From the NCBI GenBank assembly GCA_030390025.1, contig JASTWF010000070.1, positions 1,054,001 to 1,118,000 on the forward strand: 64,000 bases of DNA, in the 5' to 3' direction. Made by a program: the position numbers and the translations under genes. Numbering within the stretch: position 1 is the stretch's first letter; each line of letters opens with the position of its first letter. The DNA comes from Squalus acanthias (taxonomy: Eukaryota). Below the pieces are notes generated by a model. That model was not told the DNA's origin, made no database searches, and saw only the letters and a list, made by a program, of their open reading frames with translations. This document shows, piece after piece, positions 48,089 through 61,028 of this stretch.

Positions 48089-51000
48089 GAACCCGGAGGG
48101 TTTCTATCCGGATGGATGCGGGCGGAGACCGGACTTCCAAAAGAACCCACAGCCTGCGGGAAAAAGAATGGAATCACGGAGACTCCCGTCAAACATCCAA
48201 ACTATCTCCCTGCACTCGCCAGAGTTTGCTAAGTCTCTTTCTGTTCAATGTAAACGAACATGCTTTGAGTATTGTAAAGATACTCCACTGCATTAGTGTA
48301 ATTCCAGTGTGAGACAAACATTAAGAGCAGGAACTTCTCGGTTTGGTGTTTATCTGAACCTTTCCTGCTCATCCTGCAGCTCCAGTTTTTATTTGCAAAT
48401 GCTTGTGTATAAATAAAATAAATTCTTCTTCGAATTTAACAATGCACGAGAGGTTCCTAATGATCAATACTTCACTTATAATTAAATGTGATCGGTATGA
48501 AACTTCAATGACTATTGAGATGACAATATCGGTCCTGAATTCAGATACTATTAGTGGCGATAGTCTCTGTCTGAGAAGCGAGAGGCTTAATCATTTACAA
48601 ACAAAGAACACCACAGGAGAGAATCGCGGGCAGCAATGCGGGGAATTGTGCCTGGTTCCATTTTACCTTTGGGGTAGTGTGTTTTGCTGTGTGTAGTAAT
48701 GTCAAAACTACATGTCAGAGACAGATGGTGAGTGTAGCGTGGCTTGGGAGGAATGGGTGACTTTGGACCTGTGGTTTCCCAAAACTCTCCACCACTGGAG
48801 CTTTGCTCACGTCAGACCTGGGTCTGTTGTGGACTCGTGGATAGGGATGGATTGCCATGACAACTCCATTATCATTGATGGTGGAAGGTGAACTCGGTGG
48901 ACCTTGGCCTTTTCTAGTCGAGCAATTCCTATGTTCAAGATCCCAGGTATGCACAGTATTGGGCGAGAATATTCAACCAGAGACAGGATTGCACCATAGG
49001 TGGTTATATTGCTTTATCCATCAGAGTCAGATCAGTCTAATTATTCCCCCTCTGATTAGTTTGGAATCAGCATGTACAACCAAATGAGATTCAGGAGCAG
49101 CAAAAACTGTTCCTGGCAAAGACCCTTTAAAATCCATCTCCCAGAACCTGTCCAATAAATCACATGAGGATTTGAATAAATTCCTAACAGCCGTGTTCTT
49201 GTTAATGTTAGTTTATACTGCAGGTTTCTATAAAGCAGATCTAAGTTCACCAGGATGATACCGGGTCAAATAGGGTTACATTATAAGAACAGGTTGCACA
49301 GACTAGGCTTGTATTATTTTGAGTTTAGAAGATTAAGGGTGATCTAATTGAGATGTTTAAGATGATTAAACAGATTCGATAGGGTAGATAGAGAGAAACT
49401 ATTTCCTCTGGTGGGGAGAGTCCAGAACAAGGGGACGTAACCTTAACATTAGAGCCAGGCCGTTCAGGGGTGATGTCAGAAAGCACTTCTTCACACAAAG
49501 GGTGGTGGAATTCTGGAACTCTCTCATCCAAAAAGTTGTTGAGGCTGAGGGTCAATTGAGAATATCAAAACTCAGATTAATAGATTTTTGTTCGGTAAGG
49601 GTATTAAGGGTTACGGAACCAAGGCGGGTAAATGGAGTTAAGATGCAGATCAGCCGTGATCTTCTAATTGAATGGTGGATCAGGCTCCAGAGGCTGAATG
49701 GCCTCCTCCTGTTCCAATGTTCCTGTCGCCAGTAGGATAATTAGTTCGGACAACTAAAAGGCAAATTGAAGACTGATTTTTGGAGGTTCATCACACAAAG
49801 AGTGATCAGCACATGGAATGGTCCTCTGGGTAGGGTGGTGTGAATGAAAACCCCTGGAGTCATTTAGGAAACAGTTTGGCTGCCCTGATGGGCCAGAATG
49901 TCAGAACCTTTCTGGATTCCTGAGCTAAGTTTGGTAGAAAGGCCTTTTGCACCTGCAGCGATCTTGTGACAAGTGTCTCCAAATACTCTTTTCAATATCT
50001 GTGCAGAATATTTTGACAGCAGAATATTGTTAATTTCGGCATGTTTCTAACCCCTCAGTACATGAATTACAAGAGATTCTCAATGAGATCATAGCCTAAT
50101 AACCATCTCAATTATCCATTAATCATCACACCAACGGCCTCATACCCAGCTTTTAAATGTGTATGAAATCGAAGGTGTGCCCGAAATATACCGCAGCATC
50201 TCGGCGAAACAGCCTTTGAATTTTACTCTTGTATTAGACAAATTTCCGAATGTGAAGAGCGGATTGTGTTACCGCTGCGAATTATTAACATCGCCAGCAA
50301 ACCGCTTTCAGTCACAGCCGAAGGGTTCTGCTTTACAAAGTTACAAAGTGTTCACAGCACAGAAACAGGCCATTCGGCCCCACTGGTTCATGCCAGGGTT
50401 TCTGCTCAACACGAGCCTCCTCCCACCCCTCTTCATCTCACTCCATTAGCATATCCTTCTATTCCTTTCTCCCTCATGTGTTTATCAAGCTTCCCCTTGA
50501 ATGCTTCTATGCTGTTCGCCTCAACCACTCCCTGTGGTAGCGAGTTCCACATTCTCACCACTCTCTGGATAAAGAAGTTTCTGCTGATTTCCTTATTGGA
50601 TTTATTAGTGACTATCTTATATTTATGGCGCCTACTTGTGGTCACTTCACAAGTCAAAACAACTTCTCCTCCTATCAAACCCTTTCATAATCTTAAAGGC
50701 CTCTATCAGGTCACCCCTCAGCCTTCTCTTTTCCAGAGAAAAGAGCCCCAGCCTGTTCAATTTTTCCTGATGTGTATAACCTCTCAGTTCTGTTTCATCC
50801 TTGTACATCTTTTTTTGCACCTTCTCCAGTGCCTCTATATCCTTTTTATAACATGGAGACCAGAAGTGTGCACAGTGCTCCACGTGTGGTCTAACCAAGG
50901 TTCGATACAAGTTTAACACAACTTCTCTGCTTTTTAATTCTATCCCTCTAGAAATTAATCCCAGTGCTTTGGTTTGCTTGTTTTAATGGCCATGTTAACC

Positions 51001-54000
51001 AGTGTCACTACTTTTATTGGTTTGTGTATCTGCACCCCATATACTCTACCACAGTTGAAAACGTATTTTCAAAGAACTAACAGACACTAACAGTGGGTAA
51101 AAGCAACAATAAATTTGCTGACGAAATCACTTAACTGCATTATTAAAAAAGAGCAGATGGATTTAAACTAATTTACTTTCGATAGTAAATGTGACAGAGT
51201 TCACTCCCAGGAAAGAGCCAGTGAAATTCGGGGTCCACTTACATAACAACATAAGAAATACAAGCAGGAGTAGGCCATTTGGCCCTTCGAGCCTGCTCCG
51301 CCTTTGAATAAGATCATGGCTGATCTTCTACCTCATCTCCACTTTACTGCACTATTCTCATATCCCTTGAGTCCCCTAGAGACCAAAAATCTATCGAACT
51401 CTGGCTTGAATATACTCAACGACTGAGCCTCCACAGCCCTCTGGGGTAGAGAATTCCAAAGATTCACCACCCTCTGAATGAAGAAATTCCAACTCATCTC
51501 AGTCTTAAATGGCCGAACCCTTATTCTGAGACTTTGACCCCTTGTTCTGGACTCCCTAGCCAGGGGAAACATGTTCCCTGCATCTACACTGTCAAACCCT
51601 GTAAGAATGTTGTATGTTTCAATGAGATCACCTCTCATTCCTCTAAACTCCAGCTTTAATATCAATGCAGCCTAAATCCCGAGGCAGTGCCTGAGCTACC
51701 CAGTCGTCCTGAGCCGCACTTTTGAGCCGCACACATTTGCTCTTTAAATGTGCATTGTAAATCGGCGTTAGAGATACACTGAGCGCATCTGGACTGAACG
51801 ATCAAAGGACTGGAATCACAGACACAATGCTGGGGTTTGAAAACCTGTTTTATTGCGTTTTATAAAACGTTTTATTACTGATGCATTGTAAAGATTATTT
51901 GAATTATATCGTGCTCCCATACAAAGACGCGAAATGAATCTAAAAACGTCAATACAGGACAGGAGAAACATGTCGAGATTGAATAGAAGCTGCAGGCGAT
52001 GTGTCATCTTAAGAATAGCAGACGATGCGTAAGAGAGAATTTAAATATGTTTAGAATTTCCGCTTTGGGCGGAAATATCCCATTTGCAAAATGCGCTTGA
52101 AATTGCGTCGTTTCTGTTCGGCGTTAACACTCTGCAGTAGGCGATACGTCGGTTCTGCATTGGTCAGTCTCTCTTCCGAGTGAGGTTTAATTGTTGATAA
52201 TTATGCATCAAGTCGGTAAGAGAACGTGAGATCGCATCAGTGAGACCTCAATGAAGATAGCAATGGAACCCTTTAGCTTTACGCCAGTGCTTCCAATAGT
52301 CGAATTTCTGTGGTGCTTTGGGACTTGAACCCGGCGTATCAAAGTCTCTCGGAAGGGTTCACACCTCAGGGCTCTACTGCGCCTGGTGGTCTTCTGAATG
52401 TGATTGACAATTTCCTGTAAATGGACCCCAAAAGCACGGGGAAGCGGCACACAATTGAGGAATAGGAGGCTTGAATTGTTACTGAGCATCGGGTCTAACT
52501 GATCCCACAATGAGAGCAAAGCAGAGGGAACTTTCCACAATACGTCATATCCGGCAGGCGCTCGCTTTCCTTTCCCGTCAGAGGGTCGGGACCGCATTAA
52601 ACGCCAGGTGGGCGTAAAGAGTCTATGAGAGAAAACAGAAACCATTATAATGGCCCACATCATCATCATAGGAACAGAAGGACAGGAGGAGGCTGTTCAG
52701 CCCCTCGAGCCTGTTCGGCCATTCAATGAGATCGTGGCTGATCTGTATCTTAACTCCATCTACCCGCCTTGGTTGCCTAACACTTAATCCCCTTACCCAA
52801 CAAGGATCGATCAAAAATCTCTCAGTTTTGGAATTTCCAATTGACCCCCAGCTTCGACAGATTTTGGGGGGAGAGAGTTCCAAATTTCCACTACCCTTTG
52901 TGCGAAGAAGTGCTTCCTGAAATCACCCCTGAATGGCCTGGCTCTAATTTTAAGATGAAAGTCCCCTTGTTCTGGACTCCCCCCAACAGAGGAAATAGTT
53001 TTTCTCTATCTACCCCATCGAATCTTTAATCATCTTAAACACCACAATTAGATAACCCCTTAATATTCTGTAACCGAGGAAATACAAGCCCGAGTCTGGG
53101 CAACATGTCCACATAATTTAACTATTTTAGCCCCGGGTATCACTCTGGTGAACCACCATTCTGCAATTTAAAATATCCAGATCTATATTTTTTAATCTAC
53201 GTCCGCAGTTTTGCATTAAAGGAAATCAATGCTATCCTGTAGTGCTCACTATGCAAAGTTTTATAGACTCATTAACTATGAATATGAAACATTAGGTGAA
53301 AATCAGTGCAAGGTATCGACATATATTGAGCAAAAACAATTCTTTTTAGATCTACCTCCTTGTCTTGTGGACGTGGTCTCGAATCGGTCAATTTCTGATC
53401 GCTGTTCGTGTTGCCTGATATAAAGAGAAACTTAAGCTAAGTCTAAATGCACACATTTCACACTGAACCGACCCACTAACATGTAATGAGCCAACGACAC
53501 AATAAATGGATTGATTGGGAGCACCGTGGAGTTGGAGCGTCTCCCGACAACCGCTATCTGACCGCCGGTTCCTGCAGCTCCTTCCCGCGGCGAAAATAAC
53601 CATCAGCAGAAGGAGAAGCGCCGCCGCCGAAGTCCCGTAAAGCAGTACGCTGCAGCTGGTTTGTAGCGGGGGCTCTGAAGAAAGAAAAAAACAACCTTTT
53701 CATTGAAAAATAACCCGTAACCCGAGCCTTGTGGTTCTCGCAGAAGATTCAAGGAGGCCCAACACCATCTTCTCAACCACTAGAGATGGACAATCAATGC
53801 CAGACATACCAGCGTCACCTACATCACGAGAACCAATTAAAAATGTTGCTGAAAATCATTGGATNNNNNNNNNNNNNNNNNNNNNNNNNNNNNNNNNNNN
53901 NNNNNNNNNNNNNNNNNNNNNNNNNNNNNNNNNNNNNNNNNNNNNNNNNNNNNNNNNNNNNNNNNNNNNNNNNNNNNNNNNNNNNNNNNNNNNNNNNNNN

Positions 54001-55481
54001 NNNNNNNNNNNNNNNNNNNNNNNNNNNNNNNNNNNNNNNNNNNNNNNNNNNNNNNNNNNNNNNNNAACCTAGCGAAGGGTGGGGCACAGAAGGAAACTAT
54101 GAGGCCCTCCAAGTTTGTGCCGGCTCTTTGGTAGATGGATCCAAAACTAATCCCATTACCCGGCTCTCTCTCCATATTCCTGTGTCAATCCAAAACTAAT
54201 CCCAAAGCCCAATCTGTCCCCTGGAATCCACCACTTCCAACACTTCGCCAATCCGAGGAATGCCCATTTACCCTATCTGCTTCTTCCTTGTCTGTCATCT
54301 AACTTTCCATCCATGCTGCCACATCTCCTTCACACCATACGTCTGTATTGTTTCCCAACAGCCCTCTTGTGCGACATCTTCTGAAACGCCTTCTGGAAAT
54401 CCATACACCTTACATCTACTGCAATCCCTTTACCTATCCAATCGGTCACTTCTACAAAAGCTCTTTAAAATTTGTTAAACACGACACCACTTTCACAAAT
54501 CGGTGCTGATTGTCATTAACTAGACCAGCCATTTAGAAATGCACACCAATTTCAGTTCAAATTTCGGATTCTAAGTGTTTGTCCGCAACACATCTGGTCT
54601 ATGGTAGCCCAAGTGATACCTTTCTCCTCTCTTAGATGAAACGTTAGATAGAAACCGTTTGGGTAGGAAAAATAAGGAGGCCACATAGTCCTTGGAAAAT
54701 AAGTGTCTAAACGGAGTAGAGGAGCAGAGGAATCTGGAGGTACAGATACCAAAATCACTAAAAGTAGTGACGCAGGTTAATAAGGCCATAAAAAAGCAAA
54801 CCAAGAACTGGGGTTCATCTCTAGAGGGATAGAATTGAAAAGCAGAGAAGTTATGTTAAATTTCTGTAGAGCCTTGGTTGGACCAGACCTGGAATACTAG
54901 TGAACATTTCTCGGCTTCATATTATAAAGAGGATAGAGAGACACTGCAGAAGATACAAAAAGATTTACTAGGTTGATTTCAGAATTGAAACGTTATGCCT
55001 ATCAGGATAGATTGAACAGGCTGGGCTCTTTTCTCTGCAAAAGTGAAGACTGTGAGGTGACCTGATAGTGGACTTTAGATTATGAAAAGGTTTACATAGG
55101 TTTACATCGGATATACGGCACAGAAACAAGCCATTCGGCCCAACAAGTCCATGCCGGCGTTTATGCTCCACTCGAGCCTCCTCCCGTATTTCCTCATCGA
55201 AATCGATCAGCGCAACGCTCTATTCCCTTCTCACTCATATGCTTGTCCAGCCTCCCCTTTAAACGCATCGATACTATTCGATTCAACCACCCCCTGTGGT
55301 ATCGAGTTCCACATTCTCACCACTCTTTGGGAAAATAAGTTTCTCCTGAATTCTCCTGAATTCCCTGCTGACTATTTTATATTGATGTCCTCTAGTTATG
55401 CTCTTCTCCACAATTGGAAACATTCTCTCTCTATCTACTCTATCAAAACCTTTGACAGGGTAGACTTGGAGAAGATGTTTC

Positions 55482-55898
55482 ATAGAAATAAAGAATCTAG
55501 GAGCAGGAGTAGGCCATTCGGCCCGTCGAGCCTGCTCCACCATTCAATACGATCATGGCTGATCATCCAAATCCAGTACCCTGTCCCTGCTTTAATCCCC
55601 ACAGTACACACATCCCACCCTACCCCAGCGTATTTAATTCCCCCTAACATATCCCATCCTATCCCCATAACCCCACATATTTAATCCCCCGCTAACACTA
55701 AGGGTCAATTTTTTTTATCATAGCCAAATCAACCTAACCCGCACATTTTTGGACTGTGGGAGGAAACCGGATCACCCGGAGGAAACCCACGCAGACACGG
55801 GGAGAATGTGCAAACTCCACACAGACAGTCACCCAAGATCAGATTCGAAGCCGGGTCCCTGGCGCTGTGAGGCACCAGTGCTCACCACTATGCCACCG
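55482..55898 (-). mobile_element. HE1-like V-SINE, near full length, with TSD
   Basis: tRNA-like head, V-domain core (GTGTGGAGTTTGCACATTCTCCCCGTGTCTGCGTGGGTTTCC), CR1-type tail; TGTTTC duplicated on both sides; empty site at ~4925. Confidence 0.8.
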
Positions 55899-56908
55899 TG
55901 TTTCCACTTGTGGGGGGTGAGGGACCAAATAGTCACTATTAAAGCCAATTGGGAATTCAGGAGAAACGTCTTTACCCAGAGAGTGGTGAGAATGTGGAAC
56001 TCGCTCCCACAGGGAGTGTCTGAAGCGAATAGTATCGATGCATTTAAGGGGAAGTTAGATAAACACATGAGGGAGAAACGAATAGATGGATATTGATGGG
56101 TTTATAATGAAGTGTGATGGGAGAGGAGTCGTGAGGAGCATAAACACCGGCACGGACCTGTTGGGCCGAATGGCCTGTCTCTGTGCTGTACATACTGTGT
56201 AATACAGATACCTACATACAGGCATCGAAAGACAAAGTGATAAACTAGAAATTGCAGTTATATTTTCCATTTTACCCATGGACAGCTCAGACAGCTACCT
56301 TCTCACCCACCATATACGTATGGCCGAGCTAGACAGATGGACTTTATAATTCAGATTGCTCAACACTGCAACATTGAGAGAGGTAAATGATTGGGCAATT
56401 CTACATGGACACGCAGAAAGGGAGAGACTTTGAATGTATAAAGTGATATTGCTAACAATTAACTCTTACATCAGCATGGAAGATATTAGTGAAGGGTCAC
56501 TGCCACTAACTACCTCTCTGAGATGAGACACTTTCACTGATCAGATCCCAAATTGGAGTTGATTGGAACGGCGTAAGTACAGACAGTGCCGCTGCTCCAA
56601 GTTTCCGCCGAGACGCTGATGTGACTCCTGACAGTGTGGGTCCCGTCCGGGTCTATTGTCCCGGAATCACTCGGTTCCTCGGTAACCCGTCCGGCAACAT
56701 TCCAGCGAATGGGAAGGGAATCGGGAGACAGGCTTTTCACCAAACACATCAATGAGACCCTTTCCAGCGAGGGAATTTCATCCGGCGGCGGAGCTAAGAG
56801 AAAGATTTCCGGAGACCCTGGGGAGTTTGGGGGTTAAGATACCATTCATATTCTCCGTAAATTCGTCGTTATTTATGATGAAATGAGTAAAACCATCGCA
56901 ATTCTTAC

Positions 56909-57247
56909 CTGCAATGAGCAATGTCGAGCCGTTTCCGAATATCAAGGGCTTTTCGCTAGATTTCTTAGCTGCGCAGTAATACACCCCCGAATCATTCCTC
57001 TGGACATCTTTCACAATCAGAGAGTAAATATTGGATTCGTTGTTAACTTCTCCGGAAAATCTTCCTTCAGGAGGGATGTACTTCCACACGGTGTAAACTA
57101 GCTGTAGATGCTCTCGGTGCTGCCGCTTATGCCAGTGTACAGCTTCTACTGCTAACCAACCCGAGTGACAATCCACCTTAAAGACACTTCCAACGGAGAC
57201 AGTCTGAACCGGCGGATTCTGGGCAAAAACTGCCTGAGAGACAATAA
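56909..57247 (-). CDS. Gene A' VJ exon (open frame)
   Basis: VDCHSGWLAVEAVHWHKRQ..DSGVYYCAAKKSSEKPLIFGNGSTLLIA; 339 nt. Confidence 0.8.
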
Positions 57248-60200
57248 CTGAGAGAAGAACATATTCACAAAAGGGTCTGTTACACGGCAGAAATAAACAC
57301 TCTTCCCTATAAAGAAACGGGTACAGCGGTAAACTGTGAGAAGGATCATCCCATCATTAATGAGCATGGATCCTATTATCTAAATAGATCAAATGCTGGG
57401 GGTTAAAATTGTGTCTATAACAGGAGAAAGAATGAAAGGAAGCAGGGAAGGAAGAAAGAAAGAACGAAAGAACGAAAGAAAGAAAAACAAAAAGAAAGAT
57501 CTTTACAGCCAATGAAGTATTTTTTGAAGTGTAGTCACTGTTGTAATGTAGGAAACGCAGCAGCCAAATTGCGCACAACAAGCTCCCACAATCAGCAATA
57601 TGATAATGACCAGATCATCTGTGATGTTGATTGAGGGATATAATATTGGCCCCAGGATACCGGGGAGAACTCCCCTGCTCTCCTTCCAATAGTGGCCGTG
57701 GGATCTTTTACCTCCACCTGAGAGAGTAGACGGGGCATCCGAAAGATGGAAAATATTGACATTTGGTTTAATTTCATTCGCCTGAGATAATCCAGTCCTT
57801 CAACAGGACACTAATATTACAGAATACAGCGCGAAATCTTTTACTTGGCTGACTAGCTCAATGATAAAGCGCCGGAATTCCGCCATGTATTAGAAGCACA
57901 TAAGACTGACCTGGAAAGAGATGGAACAGCGCGCATGGAGTTAAGAAGCTCATTGTCTGCGACCGAGACGCTTGCTGTGAGCTGCACACTGAACACTTTG
58001 CTGGGATATCTTTGCGCTGGGCCCGGCTCGCAAGAGATGTGAAAGGCAGAGCTGCGGAAATTGCGTGCTTGCGTTTTAAAAGTAGCGGGCCTGGAAAATA
58101 CAGTGCAATGGCAAGGCTCGCTGCGGTTTCCTGTTGACACATTGAACGCCCACGCACAGGTCTGCCTGCAAAGGGCAATGCATTCCAGTTCGTGTTAAAC
58201 AGGCTTGAAAGGCGGCGAGAAGTGCAGTCTGATTAAACTGTGAACTGAAGGCTGGCAGTGCTGAATTGCACACACCGGACTGGTTGTGTCATTCGTGTGG
58301 GCGCGAGGACATGATACTATTTCGAATGTTGCTTTTTATTGGTCCAGAACCCATTCATTCATACACCCTTACTTGTACCAACAAAAATAGACCAGATTGA
58401 AGAAAGGTGCAATCATCTGTTATTATACCAGCCGTGGCTCAGTGGGCAGCACTCTCGCGTCCGAGTCAGAAGGTCGTGGGTTCATAGTTCCACTCCAGAG
58501 ACTTGAGCACAATATTTATACCTCAGTCAACTTATATAAAAGAGATGTCCTGATCATTATCACATTGCTGTTTGTGGGAGCTTGCTGTGCAAAAAATGGC
58601 CGGCATATTCACTGCATTACAACAGTAACGACACTTCACAAGTATCTCATTGGCTATAAAGCGCTTTGGGACCTCCTGAGGTGGTGAAAGGCGCTATAGA
58701 AATGCAAGTTCTTCTTTACCTCTTTACCAAGTTTTTCTCCGGCGTGTTATTAACCAAACGTCGCCGCCGGGTGAGCATCATTTATGGGCACTGAGTGCGA
58801 TTTTGGCCGCGCTCCTGTTCTTATTTACACGCTCAGCCTCCTGGTTCCTGAATTGTGCGCCCCTCTCATCGCCGTTGCACCATAAGGCGCAATTCACATC
58901 TTGATTGCATCAATGTTTTGCAACACATTCTTGTCGTGTCACATACTGTGTCTGAGCAATCAAATACTGCATTAATATTGAATACCTTCACTTTGATAAA
59001 GATTGAAGCAAAGTTGACCATATTACATTTGGTGTATCAAACAATAATGAGGTTTGACCCTTTGGTATTTTTCACATAGGTAGTAGGTGATCATCCCCCT
59101 TCGAATGGGATGAATGGGAAAGGGTTTCGGCCCCTGGAATTATTCACAATGAGAATTCACTGATAGTTTGTCCCGTTGCATTCAAAAGCAATCAGTTAAA
59201 AAGACTTGTGTCCATCGGAGTTCCTGGTAATGGGAGTGAATGCGGGAAAGGGTCGCTCACTTTGAGTTCCATACATGTAAAATGAGCAGCAATAGGGTTT
59301 GTGTATTCAGCTTCTATATAATTACAACGAATGGACAGTTTGTTAATTAAGTTAGAGTCAGGCCGTTCAGTGGTGATGTCAGGAAGCACTTCTTCACACA
59401 ATGGGTACTGGCAATCTGGAACTCTAGACCCCAAAAAAGCAGTTGAGTCTGGGGGTCAATTGAAAATGTCACAAGTGAGGTGGATAGATTTTTGTTAGGC
59501 AAGGGTTTTAAGGGTTATGGAACCAAGGCGGGTAGATGCAGTGCAGCAACTCGCCAAGGCTTCTTCGTCACCAGCTCCCAAATGCGCGACCTCCACCACC
59601 TAGAAGGACAAGGGCAGCAGGCGCATGGGAACACCACCACCTGCCAGTTCCACTCCAAGTCACACACCATCCTGACTTGGAAATATATCGCCGATCCTTC
59701 ATCGTCACTGGGTCAAAATCCTTGAACTCTTTACCTCATAGCACTGTGGGAGCACCTTAACCACACGGACTGCAGCGGCTCAAGAAGGTGGCTCACCACC
59801 ACCTTCTCAAGGGCAATTAGGGATGGGCAATAAATGCTGGCCTTGCCAGCAGCGCCCACATCTCATGAAAGAATTTTAAAAAAGATGGATGTAAGAAACG
59901 TCCCGATCTGCACATTTCCGAGATTACCAGGATAATTCCGGAAATTAAGAAATGTGGATTGTAGACAGCTTTTTTGTGAGGGAGAGTTCCAGATTTCCAC
60001 CACCCTTTGTGTGAAGAAGTGCTTCCTGACATCACCCCTGAACGGCCTGGCTCTAATTTTAAGTTGTTTCCCCCTTGTTCTGGACTCCCCCGCCCCGGCC
60101 CCCCCCCCCCCACCCCCCCGCCGCCACCACCAGAGGAAATATTTGCTCTCTCTCTACCCTATCAACTCCTTGAAGCATCTTAAACTTATCAATTAAACCA

Positions 60201-61028
60201 CCCCTTAATCTTCGATTTTCAAGTGGATTCAAGTCTGGTCTATGCAAACTGTCCTCATAATTTAAACCTTTTAGCCGCTGTATAATCATCTGGTTAATTC
60301 TCATATGAGCTGAAGCTGGAGGCCTGGTCGTATTGTACACTGGAAATTGCTCCACCTCTGAGTTGCAAGTATATTTCCCGACTGTAACTAAATGGAACTG
60401 TCTGTGCGTTGATAACATTTACCAAAAGATATTTTACAACATTTCCATTGCTACAAGTAAAGGAAAACGTGATTTATATAGCACCACACACAACATCAGG
60501 ACGTACCGAAGCGCTTTACAACCAATGAAATACTTTTGATGTGTAGTCACTGTTGCAATGTAGGGAGACGCGGCCGCCAATTTGCGCACAGCAAGATCCC
60601 ACAAACACACACTTCACCAAAAAGTGCTTCATTGGCTGTAAAGCGTTTTGCGACGTCTTGATGTCGTGAAAGGCGCAGTAGAAATGCAATTCTCTCTTCT
60701 AACAGTTAAGTAGAACATGAAACTTTCGATAATTGTCCCTTTAGCAACTGTTATTATCTATTTTTTTTAAATCCGGTTCTCTGCTGTGGTGTCTCTCGAT
60801 ATGTTAAAGAACAAATTCTAAATCTGCATGAGATTATAAAGAAAAGATAATTGCTTGATTAAAACGGTAATAAAGATATTTAAAAATCATTGATCACATC
60901 TACAGGCAGAGTACAATCACACTGGGAGCTAAGGGATAATTACCGCCCAGGTATTTAAAGAGTCACTGAACACAGGCTGTAATTGATGATGCGGTGAGTG
61001 AAGCATTATATCTAAAGGTCTTCCATTC

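Larger units (their letters stand above)
52578..57953 (-). pseudogene. Gene A': duplicate of gene A; frameshifted at end of C1 (pseudogene or truncated soluble V-C)
   Basis: Leader 57953-57911, VJ 57247-56909 (open), C1 56817-56514 is 304 nt (+1; stop at 56536-56534; F-strand Cys>Tyr), TM 53674-53558 with donor GT>AT, 53414-53356, 52622-52578 (TLYAHL). Confidence 0.8.
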
